DNA from: Paraspadella gotoi
Lineage: Eukaryota > Animalia > Chaetognatha
NCBI GenBank assembly: GCA_051294375.1
Contig: CM119269.1
Span: forward strand, 21,251,665 to 21,315,664
Reading direction: 5' to 3'
Length of the DNA stretch: 64,000 bases
A model generated the notes under the pieces. It searched no databases, was not told the DNA's origin, and saw only the letters and a program-made list of their open reading frames with translations. A program made the translations under genes and the position numbers. Positions 38,724-51,919 of the stretch are shown here, piece by piece (position 1 is the stretch's first letter; each line of letters begins with the position of its first letter).

Positions 38724-41580
38724 AAAAAGAGGGTCGGGTGGGGTACGTAGTCAGAAAATCAACGGGAAAGAGAAGGAGGAAGATCAATGAGTGGAAAGGA
38801 GGAAGGGAGGTAGAAAAGGAAAGAGAATGAATTGGAAGGAAAATTCCATCCCGGATCCATCGAAGAGAAAATTTTATCGCGAATCGTTTCATTTCGGGTT
38901 TACGGTTATTACCTTTCTTTCTGAAGAGAAGGATAGATAAGGGAAAAAAAAAGAAAAGGCTTCACAGCGTTTTAGCAATATTATGCAAACTTTATTTCAA
39001 GGTTGGGAAGCTTTTTGTATTTGAAAGGTAATATGTTGAACAGAATATAGCTTGACTGTTTACTAAGTAGATATAGCCAACGGCATTGCCGTTCGTCATC
39101 GCTGTCGTCGTCGGTCGTGGTTATTTTGTTATTTTATAACTGCGGATAACTTTCTGAAAAATGCGAGGCATTTAGATTGTTCTTCGATGAAAAGTCATCA
39201 TTATTTGATACCGTGGTGTCGTTTTCGTTTTTTTTCCTTTTTCCTCTTTCCATATTTTGGTTTTTTCCACTAGCGTGACCGAATTTACGGTATCGGCTCT
39301 TCTTTTTTATTTTCTTCTTGAAAAGGAATGACGAAGATGACGAGGAAGATGATGACAACGACGACGACACATTGACGACAACGAAGACGAACAGTATCGA
39401 CGACGACGACGACGACGAGGTCACCAAAGGTCGAAACGACGATTCTTTTTTACTCCAGTTTTTTTAAAAAAGAAAATTAAAATGACGATCTTTACTCAAA
39501 TCATTCTGTGTTGAGAGAAAACGTGAACAAATGAAATACAACCCCTACGATAAAACAAAAGGCCCCCTAAAACGATGAACAAAAAAATAAACTTTTAAGC
39601 ATCGAGATTCATCCTTTATAAACAAGAGTTACGTAAATATTAGGCTAAATCTAACCGAATATAAGAATTGAATTAAAAGTTTTCATGCGATTTTTTTTTT
39701 CATCAGGAAATTCCGTCGTCATCCGTCGTCGTCGTCGTCAACAAAACGAGATGGGGGAAGAGTTGGGGAAAAAGAAGGAGAGGAGGAGGAGGAGGAGGAG
39801 GAGGAGGAAGAGAAGGATGGGTTGAAAAGGGAGAGGGAGAGAGAGAGGGCGGACTGGAGAAAGGAGGCGAGAGGAGAGGAGAAAGAGGAGGGAGAGAGGA
39901 AAGAAGAATCGGGGAAGTGACCAATGGAAAAAGAGAATCGCCGAAAAGAAGTGAACAAGATCGCTCCTTCCAATGTGTTGCGCCGCTGTGACTTTCTTAG
40001 CCCGTGTATTTATGACGCGAATTGGTCGGAATTCCGGCTTTTATCTGCATAGTTTAGGTTTTCCCGAAGGCGGCGCTAGGAGTCACTTAGATTTGAGAAT
40101 AAGAAACCAACTATAGGCGAGTTATGAGCATTTATAACGTAAGTAGGACAGACGGACAGACCGACCGACAAACTGACGGACCGACCGAAAAGTGACTTAT
40201 ATAGAGTTGATTTTTAAGAATATTTTCATGTTACGTATGTATAATTTTATTGTACATATTATATTGTGGATAAAAAAAGGCGAATAAAGACAAAATAATA
40301 GAAAATTTAAAGGAAAATAGCATATCACTGTAGCGATTTACTATTTCCAAATAAAAAGATTAAGTGCTTAAAAGGCAATGATAAAGGAAGGAAATCCACG
40401 GATCTTTTTTTTTTTAATGATCATGAATTTAACCGGATTCTTTTTTATAAAAAAAAAATCCTTTCCTTCGGGTTTTTTTTTCAGTATCTAGGAGGACCAC
40501 ATTTTAACCTAGAAATATTTGATTTAATTTTGGACAACCAGGCTTTTCACCGGGAGCCCAGACTGCGTCACAGAAGGGAGATTATTCTCTACCCGCCGCT
40601 CGAAGCCTCGACTTCGCCTTGTCTTCTCATCCGAAGGAAATCGAAAACATTTTAAAGTCAGAATTGTGGAATTTACATAAAAAAATTATTAATGGCGGTA
40701 GGAAAAGATTTATCGTTTTGAAAATAGGAACTCGTTTGGGCAAGACGTGAAATCGCTGAGTCAAGAGACCAACATTTACATCTCCAACGCCACGCGATAC
40801 TCGAGAGGTTCCATCAGATCTTTTAATAGTACGAAAAGCAATAAGAACGACCCGAATTTTCCTTCTCAACAAAATAAAGGTATCCACAAGCATCCCGATA
40901 ACGCTCCCATCAATCCCAAAGTCTGCCACCTCTTCGGATGTTTTCAATTCGAACCCATGGACAATCAGGTGGCGGAAAAAAAAAAAGGGAACGTGATCTT
41001 GAAGGGCTGGTTTTACAGGGCGCCACACCGCAGCGGTGTCCACCTCGTGGCAACAGCGAGACAGCATGTTCATGTAGTCCAGACTTTGGATCTGGAAGTA
41101 GGCCCATGCCTACAGGCGGGTTACCCGGTCCATCCCACTTTCTACAAGACAACCTCAGGGCTCGAACCAGGGACGCACATGGGATGGTGCATTAGTCCAC
41201 TGAGCACTGAGGCGCTGTGAAAGAAACAGCTTTATCCATCTGTGGTGATAGGACCACCAGAATCTAACTTTTTTATATCGGACTTTTTTTTTCCTCGATC
41301 TTTCTGTCTCCATCTCTTTGTCACTGTATATCGTGAATTAAACAAGCGGCACGAAATGGAATCGACGTATTAAAATAGTTGGGTTAACCGCGATGAATTT
41401 TTTTTCTAAATTTACGTATCTTTTTTTTTTTTTTTTTTTAGAAAGAATCGACGGTAGAGTTGGAGGTTTTGCGACGCCGCATCGTCGATCATCCGTGGAC
41501 GTCGATCGATCTCGATCATACTCTTCAAAAGGACGGTTGAGGCGAGTTTGAAGTTCCTCCTCAATTCTCATAAATGATAA

Positions 41581-41611
<31 letters not shown>

Positions 41612-41998
41612 ATAGAGTATATATATGATATCAGTTTTGACGAGAACTGGCAAGACCGCGCCATTCAGCGACATCTACTCTTTCGCTGCAAAAGGAGCAG
41701 AGAGAGCGAAGCGTTTGGGAGAGGCAGATGGAACAGAGACGTCTCAAGGAGCGGCGGTTGGAGGCGGGTCATGCAGTTCACTCCAACTGCCGGAAAAGGA
41801 GATCGTGGGATCGATGAGGGAGAGCTGAGGGCGTCGAGGAAGACGGCGTGATGGAGGAGAATCGAAGGAGATCGAAGAGGGTAGGGAGGGAGAGAAGGGA
41901 TATGGAAAAGTTTAGGTAGGGTTCTGATAGTGTCTCGTACCGATAAATTTAAAAAAAAAATACTATAAACTAGTCTAGTGTGGCGGTATATTCACACC
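31402..41998 (+). repeat. Second copy of 20769-31376 (includes a frameshifted anosmin copy at ~31740-34813); probable alternative haplotype or gap-fill artefact
   Basis: Collinear near-identity over 10.6 kb beginning right after a 25-N gap; many 1-nt indels plus some substitutions and block indels. Confidence 0.9.
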
Positions 41999-42132
41999 GC
42001 CTCCCGTCACCATCGTTCAGCCAATACATTGGTCAGAGGGGAACACATCATCCCAGGCGTTGAGTTCCTCCACAGTACAGACCTAACGACTTCCCTCTGC
42101 GTTGGCAAAGCGAGACTGTCGCTGTTGCCATA
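41979..42132 (+). mobile_element. 154 bp solo-LTR-like insertion with 4 bp TSD (ctag)
   Basis: ctag|tgtggcggtatattcac...gctgttgccata|ctag. The 5' end resembles the 58814-59046 element and cgctgttgcca is shared with 30372-30634. Also seen at ~45973-46132 and truncated at 31356-31376. Confidence 0.6.
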
Positions 42133-42788
42133 CTAGATACTTTTTAAATAATCGAGTTGAGCGAATCCTCTTCTATTTTACTTTTACGATTTTTTTGCCT
42201 TGCGATTTGAGAAAGACGCTCAATAATAAGTCGATATTACCTTCGCGCTGAAAAAGGGTGAAAGAGTTAGTTTCGATTGTTAACGTTGATACGTTGTTTC
42301 TTTTATTCGACAGGATTTGGTGACTGCTCCCTTCTCCCTGGACCTAACGCTCACTTCTCTTCCCCCGCATTTTCGGGAGCCGCCGCGACCGCGCTCCGTC
42401 AGCATTTTTCTCCCCACCGCCAGTCAGGGCGGCGGCAGTGATGGCGGCGAGGGCGGCTGGAGAACCGGCGCGGCTTTCGTGAGAGGCGGAGACGGATCTC
42501 AGGAGCCAATCGAAAAGACTCATTGGCGACCACGGAGCCAATCACCGACGAGTAAAGGCGGGGAAAAAAAGAAATGACGAGAAATTTGTCTCCAAACACT
42601 CCCTCTCTCTCTTTCCCGAACGCCACAGAGTATCCGGCGCCTCCCAACGACGCCGTCAGACGCCTCGACGTCGCGAAGCTTCCGGTGAAAATCGTGAAAA
42701 CGACGCCGAAATCGAAAAAACATCCGTTTCGAGTTTCTTTGGACGAGGGCGGCGACGGGGAGTNNNNNNNNNNNNNNNNNNNNNNNNN

Positions 42789-45700
42789 TACGGTTATTAC
42801 CTTTTCTTTCTGAAGGAAGGATAGATAAGGGAAAAAAAAAAAGAAAAAGGCTTCAAAGCGTTTTAGCAATATTATGCAAACTTTATTTTCAAGGTTGGGA
42901 AGCTTTTTGTATTTGAAAGGTAATATGTGAACAGAATATAGCTTGACTGTTTACTAAGTAGATATAGCCAACGGCATTGCCGTCGTCATCGGCTGTCGTC
43001 GGTCGTCGTGGTTATTTTGTTATTATAACTGCGGATAACTTTCTGAAAAATGCGAGGCATTTAGATTGTTCTTCGATGAAAAGTTCATCATTATTTTGAT
43101 ACCGGTGGTGTCGGTTTTCGTTTTTTTTCCTTTTCCCTCTTTCCATATTTTTGGTTTTTTCCACTAGCGTGACCGAATTTACGGTATCGGCTCTTCTTTT
43201 TTATTTTCTTCTTTGAAAGATGACGAAAGTGACGAGGGAAGATGATGACAACGACGACGAACAACATGACGACAACGAAGACGACAGTATCGACGACGAC
43301 CGACGACGACGGAGGTCACCAAGGCGAAAAACCGACGATTCTTTTTACTCCAGTTTTTTTAAAAAAAGAAAATTTTAAAATGACGATCTTTACTCAATCA
43401 TTCTGTGTTGAGAGAAAACGTGAACAAATGAAATACAACCCCTACGATAATACAAAAGGCCCCCTAAAACGATGAACAAAAAAATAAACTTTTTAAGCAT
43501 CGAGATTCATCCTTTATAAACAAGAGTTACGTAAATATTAGGCTAAATCTAACCGAATATAAGAATTGAATTAAAGTTTGTTCATGCGATTTTTTTTTCA
43601 TCAGGAAATTCGCCGTCGTCCATCGTCGTCGTCGTCGTCAACAAAAGAGATGGGGGAAGAGTTGGGAAAAAGAAGGGGAGGAGGAGAGGAGGAGGAGGAG
43701 AGGGAAGAAAGGATGGGTTGAAAAAGGAGAGGAGAGAGAGAGGGCGGACTGGAAGAAAGGAGGCCGGAGAGAGAGGAGAAAAGAGGAGGGAGAGAGGAAA
43801 GAAGAATCGGGGAAGTGACCAATGGAAAAAAGAAATCGCCGAAAAGTAAGTGAACAAAGATCCGCTCCTTCCAAAAAAAAATGTTTCGCCGCTGCTGACT
43901 TCTTAGCCCGTGTATTTATGCGCGAATTGCGTCGGAATTCCGGCTTTTATTCTGCATAGTTTAGGTTTTCCCCGAAGGCGGCGCTAGGAGTCACTTAGAT
44001 TTGAGAATAAGAAAACCAAGCTTATAGGCCGAGTTATGAGCATTTATACGTAAGTAGGACAGGACGGGGACAGACCGACCGACAAACTGACGGACCGACC
44101 GAAAAGTGACTTATATAGAGTTGATTTTTAAGAATATTTTCATGTTACGTATTATAATTTTATTGTACATTATATTGTGGATAAAAAAAGGCAATAAAGA
44201 CAAAATAAATAAGAAAATTTAAAGGAAATAGCATATCACTGTAGCGATTTACTTTTCCAAAATAAAAAAGATTAGTGCTTAAAAAGGCAAATGATTAAAG
44301 GAAGGAAAATCCACGGATCTTTTTTTTTTTTTTAATGATCATGAATTTAACCGATTCTTTTTTTTATAAAAAAAAAAATCCTTTCCTTCGGTTTTTTTTT
44401 CAGTATCTAGGAGGACCACATGTTTAACCTAGTATTGATTTAATTTTGGGACAACCAGGCTTTCACCGGGGAGCCCAGACTGCCGTCACAGAAGGGATAT
44501 ATTCTTCTACCCGCCGCTATCGAAGCCTCGACTTCGCCTTGTCTTCTCAATCCGAAGGAAATCGAAAAACATTTTAAAGTCAGAATTGTGGAATTTACAA
44601 TAAAAAAAATTATTAATGGGCGTTGGAAAAGATTATCGTTTAAAATAGGAAACTCGGTTTGGGCAAGAACGTGAAATCGCTGAGTCAATGAGACCAACAT
44701 TTACATCTTCCCAACGCCACGCGGATACTCGAGAGGGTTCCATCAGATCTTTTAATAGTACGAAAAGCAATAAGAACGACCCGACATTTCCTTCCTCAAA
44801 CAAAATAAAGCGGTATCCATCAAGGCCATCCCGATAACGCTCCCATCAATTCCAAAGTCTGCCACCTCTTCGGATGTTTTCAATTCGAACCCATTGGACC
44901 ATCAGGTGCGGAAAAAAAAAAACGGAACGTGATCTTGGAAGAGGCTGCGTTTTACAGGGCGCCACACCCGCAGCGGTGTCACCTCCGTGGCTAACAAAGC
45001 GAGAACAGCATGTTCATGTAGTCCAGAGCTTTGGGATTCTGGAAGTAGGGCCCATGCCTACAGGGCGGGTTACCCGGTCCATCCCACTTCTACAAAGACA
45101 CCCTCAGGCGCTCGAACCCAGGGACGCACATTGGATGGTGCATAGGTCCACTGAGCCACTGAGGCGCTGTGAAAGAAACAGCTTTAATCCTCTGTGGTGA
45201 TAGGACCACACAGGAAATCTAACTTTTTTTATATCGGACTTTTTTTTTTCTCCGATCTTTCTGGTCCTCCATCTCTTTGTCACTGTAATCATCTGAATTA
45301 AACAAGCGGCACGAAATGGAATCGACGTATTAAATAGTTTGGGTTAACGCGCATGAATTTTTTTTTCTAAATATTACGTATCTTTTTTTTTTTTTTAGAA
45401 AAAGAATCGACGGTAGAGCTTGGAGGGTTTTGCGAGCGCCGCATCGTCGATCATCCGTGGACGTCGATCGATCTCGATCAACTCTTCAAAAAGGACGGGT
45501 TGAGGCGAGTTTGGAAGTTCTCCTCAAATTCTTCATAAATTGATAATACCATATATATATGTATGTAATATATGTATATATATGTATCATAGTATGATAT
45601 ACAGTTTTGACGAGAACTGTGGCAACGACCGCGCCATTCACCGAGCATCTAACTCTTTGCGCCTGCAAGAGGAGCAGAGGAGAGCTCGGAAGCGTTATGG

Positions 45701-46245
45701 GAAGGCAGATGGAACAGAGGGCTCATGTTAGCGGCCGGTTGGAAGCGGGTCATGCAGGTTTCACTCCAACTGCCGGAAAGGAGATCGTGGGAATCGATGA
45801 GGGAGAGGCTGAGTGGCGTCGAGGGGAAGGACGGCGTGAAATGGAGGAGAATCGAGAGATCGAACTAGAGGGGTAGGGGAGGGAGAGAAGGGATATGGAA
45901 AAGTTAGGTAGGGTTCTGATAGTGTCTCGTACCGATAAATTTAAAAAAAAAATACTATTAAAACTAGTCTAGTGTGGCGGATATATTCAACCGCCTCACG
46001 GTCCACCATCGTTCAGCCAAATACATTGGCCTCAGAGCGGAAAAACACAATTCATCCCAGGCGTTGAGTTCCCTCCACAGTCCTAACGACCTTCCCTCTC
46101 GTTGGCAGAAGCGAGACTGTCGCTGTTGCCATACTAGATAACTTTAAATAATCCGAGTTGAGACGAATCCTCTCTATTTTTACTTTTACGATTTTTTTGC
46201 CTTGCGATTTGAGAAAGGGACGCTCAATAATAAGTCGATATTTAC
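42789..46245 (+). repeat. Third, noisier copy of 28262-31376 / 38901-42240
   Basis: Collinear match starting right after a 25-N gap, with a rising insertion error rate typical of a raw long read. Confidence 0.9.
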
Positions 46246-49200
46246 TAGACGAGAGCTAAACTCGGATTTTTTCAAAAAAACCTTGCAGATTATGATCACA
46301 CTGACATTATAATGCTCACTTCCGGAATCCTCGGACTCGACGGCAGTACTCTATTGCAAAAGGTTAAGTACACTGGACCAAGCTTACTCGAATATGCAAA
46401 TGAGATTAAACGAGTCACGGAGGAACTCCAGCATGAAAGAAAAAAATGATATTTTTAATTATTTAAATAAGTACTCGCTTTTTTATTAAAATACTTTAAA
46501 CAATAATAACAACTCATTTAATCATTTGTTGGTTATGAGTATCGTGAAGTATTTTGCCGCTATATTGTCTATCGATTTATCATTCTATATAAAACAACAA
46601 TTACATGCGTGATGAGGAAATTGCTACAGTCACTTCAAGGATGGCTCGTCCGGGAACTAAATTCCCAAGTCCACTTTGAAGAAGAGTTCTTCTAAATTCA
46701 TCTTCCGGTTGGCATTGTGAGAGGCTATAGTGTCGGGTCGCGCCGTGAAGTTGTCGATATCTTTTCTCTCGCCCGCCGCACTAGCTGCGAATCAAAATTT
46801 CTTACAAGACGCAACGACCGAACAAGCTCCACAAAAGATGCCGAAAGGGGGAGTCCCCGCCCTGAAGAAAAGAAAAAAGATCTCTTCATGTTTGACGACG
46901 CGTTCTACTGGGACCTTGGAGGATGTCCACGCCCTTCGACATTCTTTCGTCAGATGACAACGCTTCACCGGCGCAAGAAAAGATTATCTTTTTCTGTTCT
47001 TCTATTTGGAATGCCCGAGATTCGAAATTCATCGCGGAAGTTAGGATGCTTTCTCATTGCATTTAAATTGAATGGGAATGAACCATCGGCGGCCCACTGC
47101 GGCCAAAGGTCTGTCCGAGCTCCGTAAGATTTCATCCAAATATTCTTGTCATTTTATCGAGGTTGACAACGAGCCGCTCAAAGACGCGAGATTTCAGCGA
47201 CATTCGACGCCGATATTTTTTTTGCCGATGCCATCGACGAGGTCTTGACCAACGTGCCGAGATAAACTTTATGGAGCAAATTCAGTCGACCGATGCGTTT
47301 CATCAGCGGTAATAGAGCGGAAAAAGCGCAATAGTTGAAGCTTATTTTCCATCCGAGGATTTCTCTCTGGATCGCGGCCAGATCAATTACAAATTTGACG
47401 CCCGGAGATTCACATAAAAAGATTTAAAAATTTTCATATTTTTACTTTAAAAAAAAAAATTTCCGAACGTTTCCATTGCTGAAAACGAAATATTAAAATC
47501 TTCATTATTGCAAACTCAAACAAATTTATAGAATCGTAATATTAATAATATTATAATAATAATATATTTTAAACAAAGTTTAAAGAATAAAATTTCATCC
47601 AACGATTTTTATTTTAACGAAATATATGGACATGTTTCGAATTCTTTAATTTTCGAGTCTTCATCAGCGTTTAATTGATGCATTTACAAATTTGTGTAAA
47701 ATCTAGCGGGGAAAGAGAGAGAGAGAGAGAGAGAGGAAAAAGAGAGAGAGCAAAAATGTTTTCCACACAGGCACATAGTGGTTAAAGAATGAGTACAGGT
47801 TTAAGTTGACAGGTCAGATCAATTGGTGAAAGAGAGAGCAGAGAGGAGAGAGGAGGAGAGTGTGAAATATTATGCCTCGCCGCTCAGTTATCTTTTATTC
47901 TGTTCTTCTAAGCCGACATTTAGATTTTGTTGACTCGGTACTTACGTGTCCTCACGAATTCGGCCAAATATTTTCTGATTATTTGCGATCAGGCTTCTTT
48001 GTCAGTCCTGAGTCATTAACTATCTTGGAGGAGACTCAAACGGCAGTTATTTAGTTCGTTTTTTTGCCCTTTTTTCACAAGTAGCCATCGCCCGTCGCTC
48101 AACGAGTTTTACAGGGACTTTTTTATCGTATATTTGAAGTAAAAATACAAGTTTCTAGACCTTTATCTCCACTTTTAATTCACCCCATTTCCCTCGAGAT
48201 GTCAGCGAAAAAAAGATTCATTCAACCTACGTCAGACTTTCAAAGGACGGACGAGGCCGCCGCGAACGCACCCGAGATCACCGAGCGTTGAAATATAAAG
48301 GATATTTCACAGAGACGAGCAGAAAAAACAGAGAGAGACAAATAATGCATTGCTGCAATGGTACAACAAGGAATAAGTTACAACTAATCAATATATCAAT
48401 ATTATCTATAATGAGTAAAATTCTGAAATCAAATTAATAAACATAAATTGCGCCGCGATTTATCCCGGGCATTATAAACTTCAATATCAAATGTTCATAT
48501 TTAACTTGAAAATTCAACCTCTGATAATACGAAAATTCTCCAAGTTCATACGTCTTTGCCTTGTCCTGCAATATCTATATCATACCAATAATTAATTCGA
48601 TAACTAATAAACCTGTAATTCACATCCTTGTTCAGCTTCGTTCGAGTTTTAGCAGATTTAAACCAAAGGTTTTGAAATAATTCTCATCAACGATTTTAAA
48701 AAATGGAAGAGCGTCGAACACATGTCGTACATTAAATAAAAATCGCTTGATGATAATTATTTTCAAACTTTGTTATTAAATAATACTCACTTTCTAAAAC
48801 CACGGACTGTTACAATTAATCACAGACAAAAATATTGGAAGAAATTACGGGAAATGAAAAAAAAATCTCACCGATATGATCACTGATAGACGAGAGCGAC
48901 GAGACGAAAGTCGCTAATAATCTTCTCTTTATCTTTTGGTCGTCCTGGCACTTTACCATTATATTAAACAATAACTTATGTGCAATTGCTTAAAGAATAT
49001 GCAGTAGTAAAACTATTTAATTTGGACAAATAAATATTAAGCAGCAATTATGGGTATTAAGGAAAACTTATAACAGTTTGGACTAGATATATATTACCAA
49101 AAGAAAAACCGATTAAGTTCATTTTCCGATTAAAACAGACTCCCTTCTAATTTTCAAAAACGCCAGTAATTTTACAATTTATAAACGTTTTTTTTATAGA

Positions 49201-49572
49201 AATTTTTTTTCTGAAATAGAAATTAATTTTTTGGTTTAAAGCAGTCTTTGAAAACACACATTTAAAGGAAAACATCCCACGTGTCTGTCCACTGCACAAA
49301 AACTTCATACAAACACGACACCAGTTTCTTAGATTCGCCGGAAAGGACTCGTCATCTTAGGAAATTAGCCCATACATTTTGAGAAGCCGTTTTTTTGATC
49401 TACTAAGCCATAACTCCATTTACGGCACCTTCGCAATTTCACGTCAATTTTGCCTATCTACAAGACCTACTCTTCGACTTCCTTATTTCGCGTGTCGTGG
49501 AAATCATGTTGCCGTGACGGTGTTTTTTGATTACACTCCGATGTACTTCCATAGTTAGATTTCTGGGGTCTA
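46246..49572. mobile_element. 3.3 kb insertion with TAGAC...GTCTA termini and ~7 bp TSD (atattac), carrying exon-like cargo
   Basis: Empty site gtcgatattac|cttcgcgctg at 42230-42250. Filled site atatttac|tagacgagagctaaactcgga...ttagatttctggggtcta|atattacggctttcgcgcctg. Sequence after 49573 resumes the 42241-42763 sequence. Confidence 0.75.
47629..47667 (-). ncRNA. Second minimal hammerhead motif (Penelope-like type)
   Basis: Minus strand CTGATGA-AGActc...gaatTC-GAAA-CATGTC-ca. Flanks (AG tract, ggtcagat...ggtgaa) resemble those of the 3862-3897 copy. Confidence 0.5.
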
Positions 49573-51645
49573 ATATTACGGCTTTCGCGCCTGAAAAGGT
49601 TGAAACGAGTTAGTTAACTCCAGAAATTCTGTCAGCTACGTTGATACGCGTTGTCTTCTTTTATTCGACGAGTGCATTTGCGATAACCTGCCCTCCCTTC
49701 TGCCCGACTGACTCTCCAGCCGTTAACGCTCCCACTTCTCTCTTCCTCTCCTCCCGCCATTTTTGCGCGGAGCCGCGCGACCAGCGCTTCCACGTCCAGC
49801 ACGCATATCTTTTCATCCCACCGCTCCACGTCACAGGGGCCAGGCGGCACGTGATGGCACTGGCTACGGCAGGGCGGCTCGGAGCCAACCGGCCCGCGGC
49901 TTTCGTGAGAGGGGCGGAGACGGATCTCACGAGGCCATAATCGAAAAATGACTCATTGAGACAACGACACACAGCGCGAGCCAATCACGCACGCCACGAA
50001 CGTAGAAAGAACAGGGGACAAACAACAAGATCGCTACTGATCGCAGAAATCTGTCTCCAAACACTCCTCTCTCTCTCTTCCCGAAATCGCCCGACCATGA
50101 GCTATCCGGCGCTCCACAACGACCGCCGTCAGACGCCTGGACAACACTGATACGACAACAAAACCGTCGCGAAGACTTACCGGTGAACCTCGAATGGACA
50201 CGCCCGAAATCGAACACATTACCCGTTATCGAGCTTATACTATGGCCAGAACGGAAGGCGGGCACGAGAGGAGGAACGTAGAGCTCCCGAGCCCGGAACA
50301 GAAGCCAAGCGAACAGCTTCACAGAACGCAGCCCATCTCCGAACGACCAACCGTACCAAACACGACCATCCACACAACCAACCACCAAGGCACATTTGTC
50401 GCTTCGAAACAGCGAGCCAGAAGACTCTTGCGGAGATTCAAACAGCTACTCTCTGTCTCTACCGAACACTGCACACATCCCACAGACTCTACCACCCGCT
50501 AAAAACTCGGAGGAGAGATTTCCGCGGCTGTCGACGACTCCGACGCCGAGGGAAGTTCGATCCGAGAGCATCGCCGTCGTCGCATCGGCCGAAGGTTGTC
50601 GTCGTTACAGTTATTACACTCTTATTTCCTTTTTACACTGATATCATCTGTCCGTCTTCAAGATAGGAACATTCTTTCCCAGAGAAAAAGCGCTTTAAAC
50701 TGTTGCCCTCCTATCTACAGTCCAGAGCGAACAATCCCCAGCCAGTGCGCACACCACTACGTCTCTAACATTCCCGCGCCAAACGAGGAACAGAAACGCC
50801 TACGAGTATTCACCTCATACGCTTGAGATCGGCGGCCTCCTGCACGGCGGTTTCCTTGAGCTCCAGCGGGCTCCGTCACGCAGCAGAAGCGAAATCGAGA
50901 GAGGAAATGTTTTGAAGAGGCGATTCGGAATGAAACTTGAAGGGAGTAAAAATAGGGGCAGGGGGAAGTGGGAATTGTTTTGATGGAAAAAATTGAAATC
51001 TGTCAAAAGGATTTAACGGAAATGATTAATAAATTGGCGTTGACTCGAGCCAGAAAATACAAAAATTTATGTATTTAACAGGAGAAAAAACAAAACGTTC
51101 TCGTTATCGTAAAAGTAACATACATCTGAACGAATATGCTTTACAGCTTTAGCATTGCAGATGATTTGTCGATATCGGTAGAATCGTATGTTTTACCAAA
51201 TAAAAAGAATCTATTTTTGCTTTTTTGTTCGATATCACTAAATAGCAAGTTAGGTAAAAAAAAATTCAAACTTTGAAATAAACCAAAATGTTTTTTTTTT
51301 TCAAAATCGTTAAGCCTTTTTAATATTATCATTATGCTTCACAATAAAAGTTTTATTTTTTATTTTTTCTCCGAACCGTTGAAAAGAATATTCTTATCGT
51401 CTAATTAATCACAACCGGCCAGTGGCCACTCGTACCCGGCAATAATCCGTCGAGAGCATTGCAAAGGTCGCAGTCCTCTCCTCCGTAATGAGAAGGTCCC
51501 TGGTTCGAAAGACGAATGAGAATCGTTCACAGATTCACAGACGAAAACAAAAACCCCGAAACTACAACAACGACAAACAAACACCTTGGCTCAGCGATTT
51601 TCGCTCGTTGCCGACGGTGATTCGATTATCGTCAAATATGACGGC

Positions 51646-51676
<31 letters not shown>

Positions 51677-51919
51677 AACGACGGACGATACATTTCCGTT
51701 TTTGTTTGAACGCTTCTGCCAACGACGAAGCTTCGATATTATCAGTTTCGGAAATACCAGCTCAAATGTTTTTAAATTTTGTTAATTAGTAAATTTTTTG
51801 GGGGATAAAAACAAAAAAAAATATGCAGCGCACAAAATTTTAGTCGGTAGAGCGACTAGCGGTTAAAATCGTCAGCGACGAGAGCCACTACGCTAAGACG
51901 AGCAACCTCAACGACCGTC

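Noticed and set aside
49585-50500. ORFs and apparent diverged paralogue of 42241-42763
   Set aside because: Differences are almost all single-base insertions, consistent with a raw-read version of the same exon.
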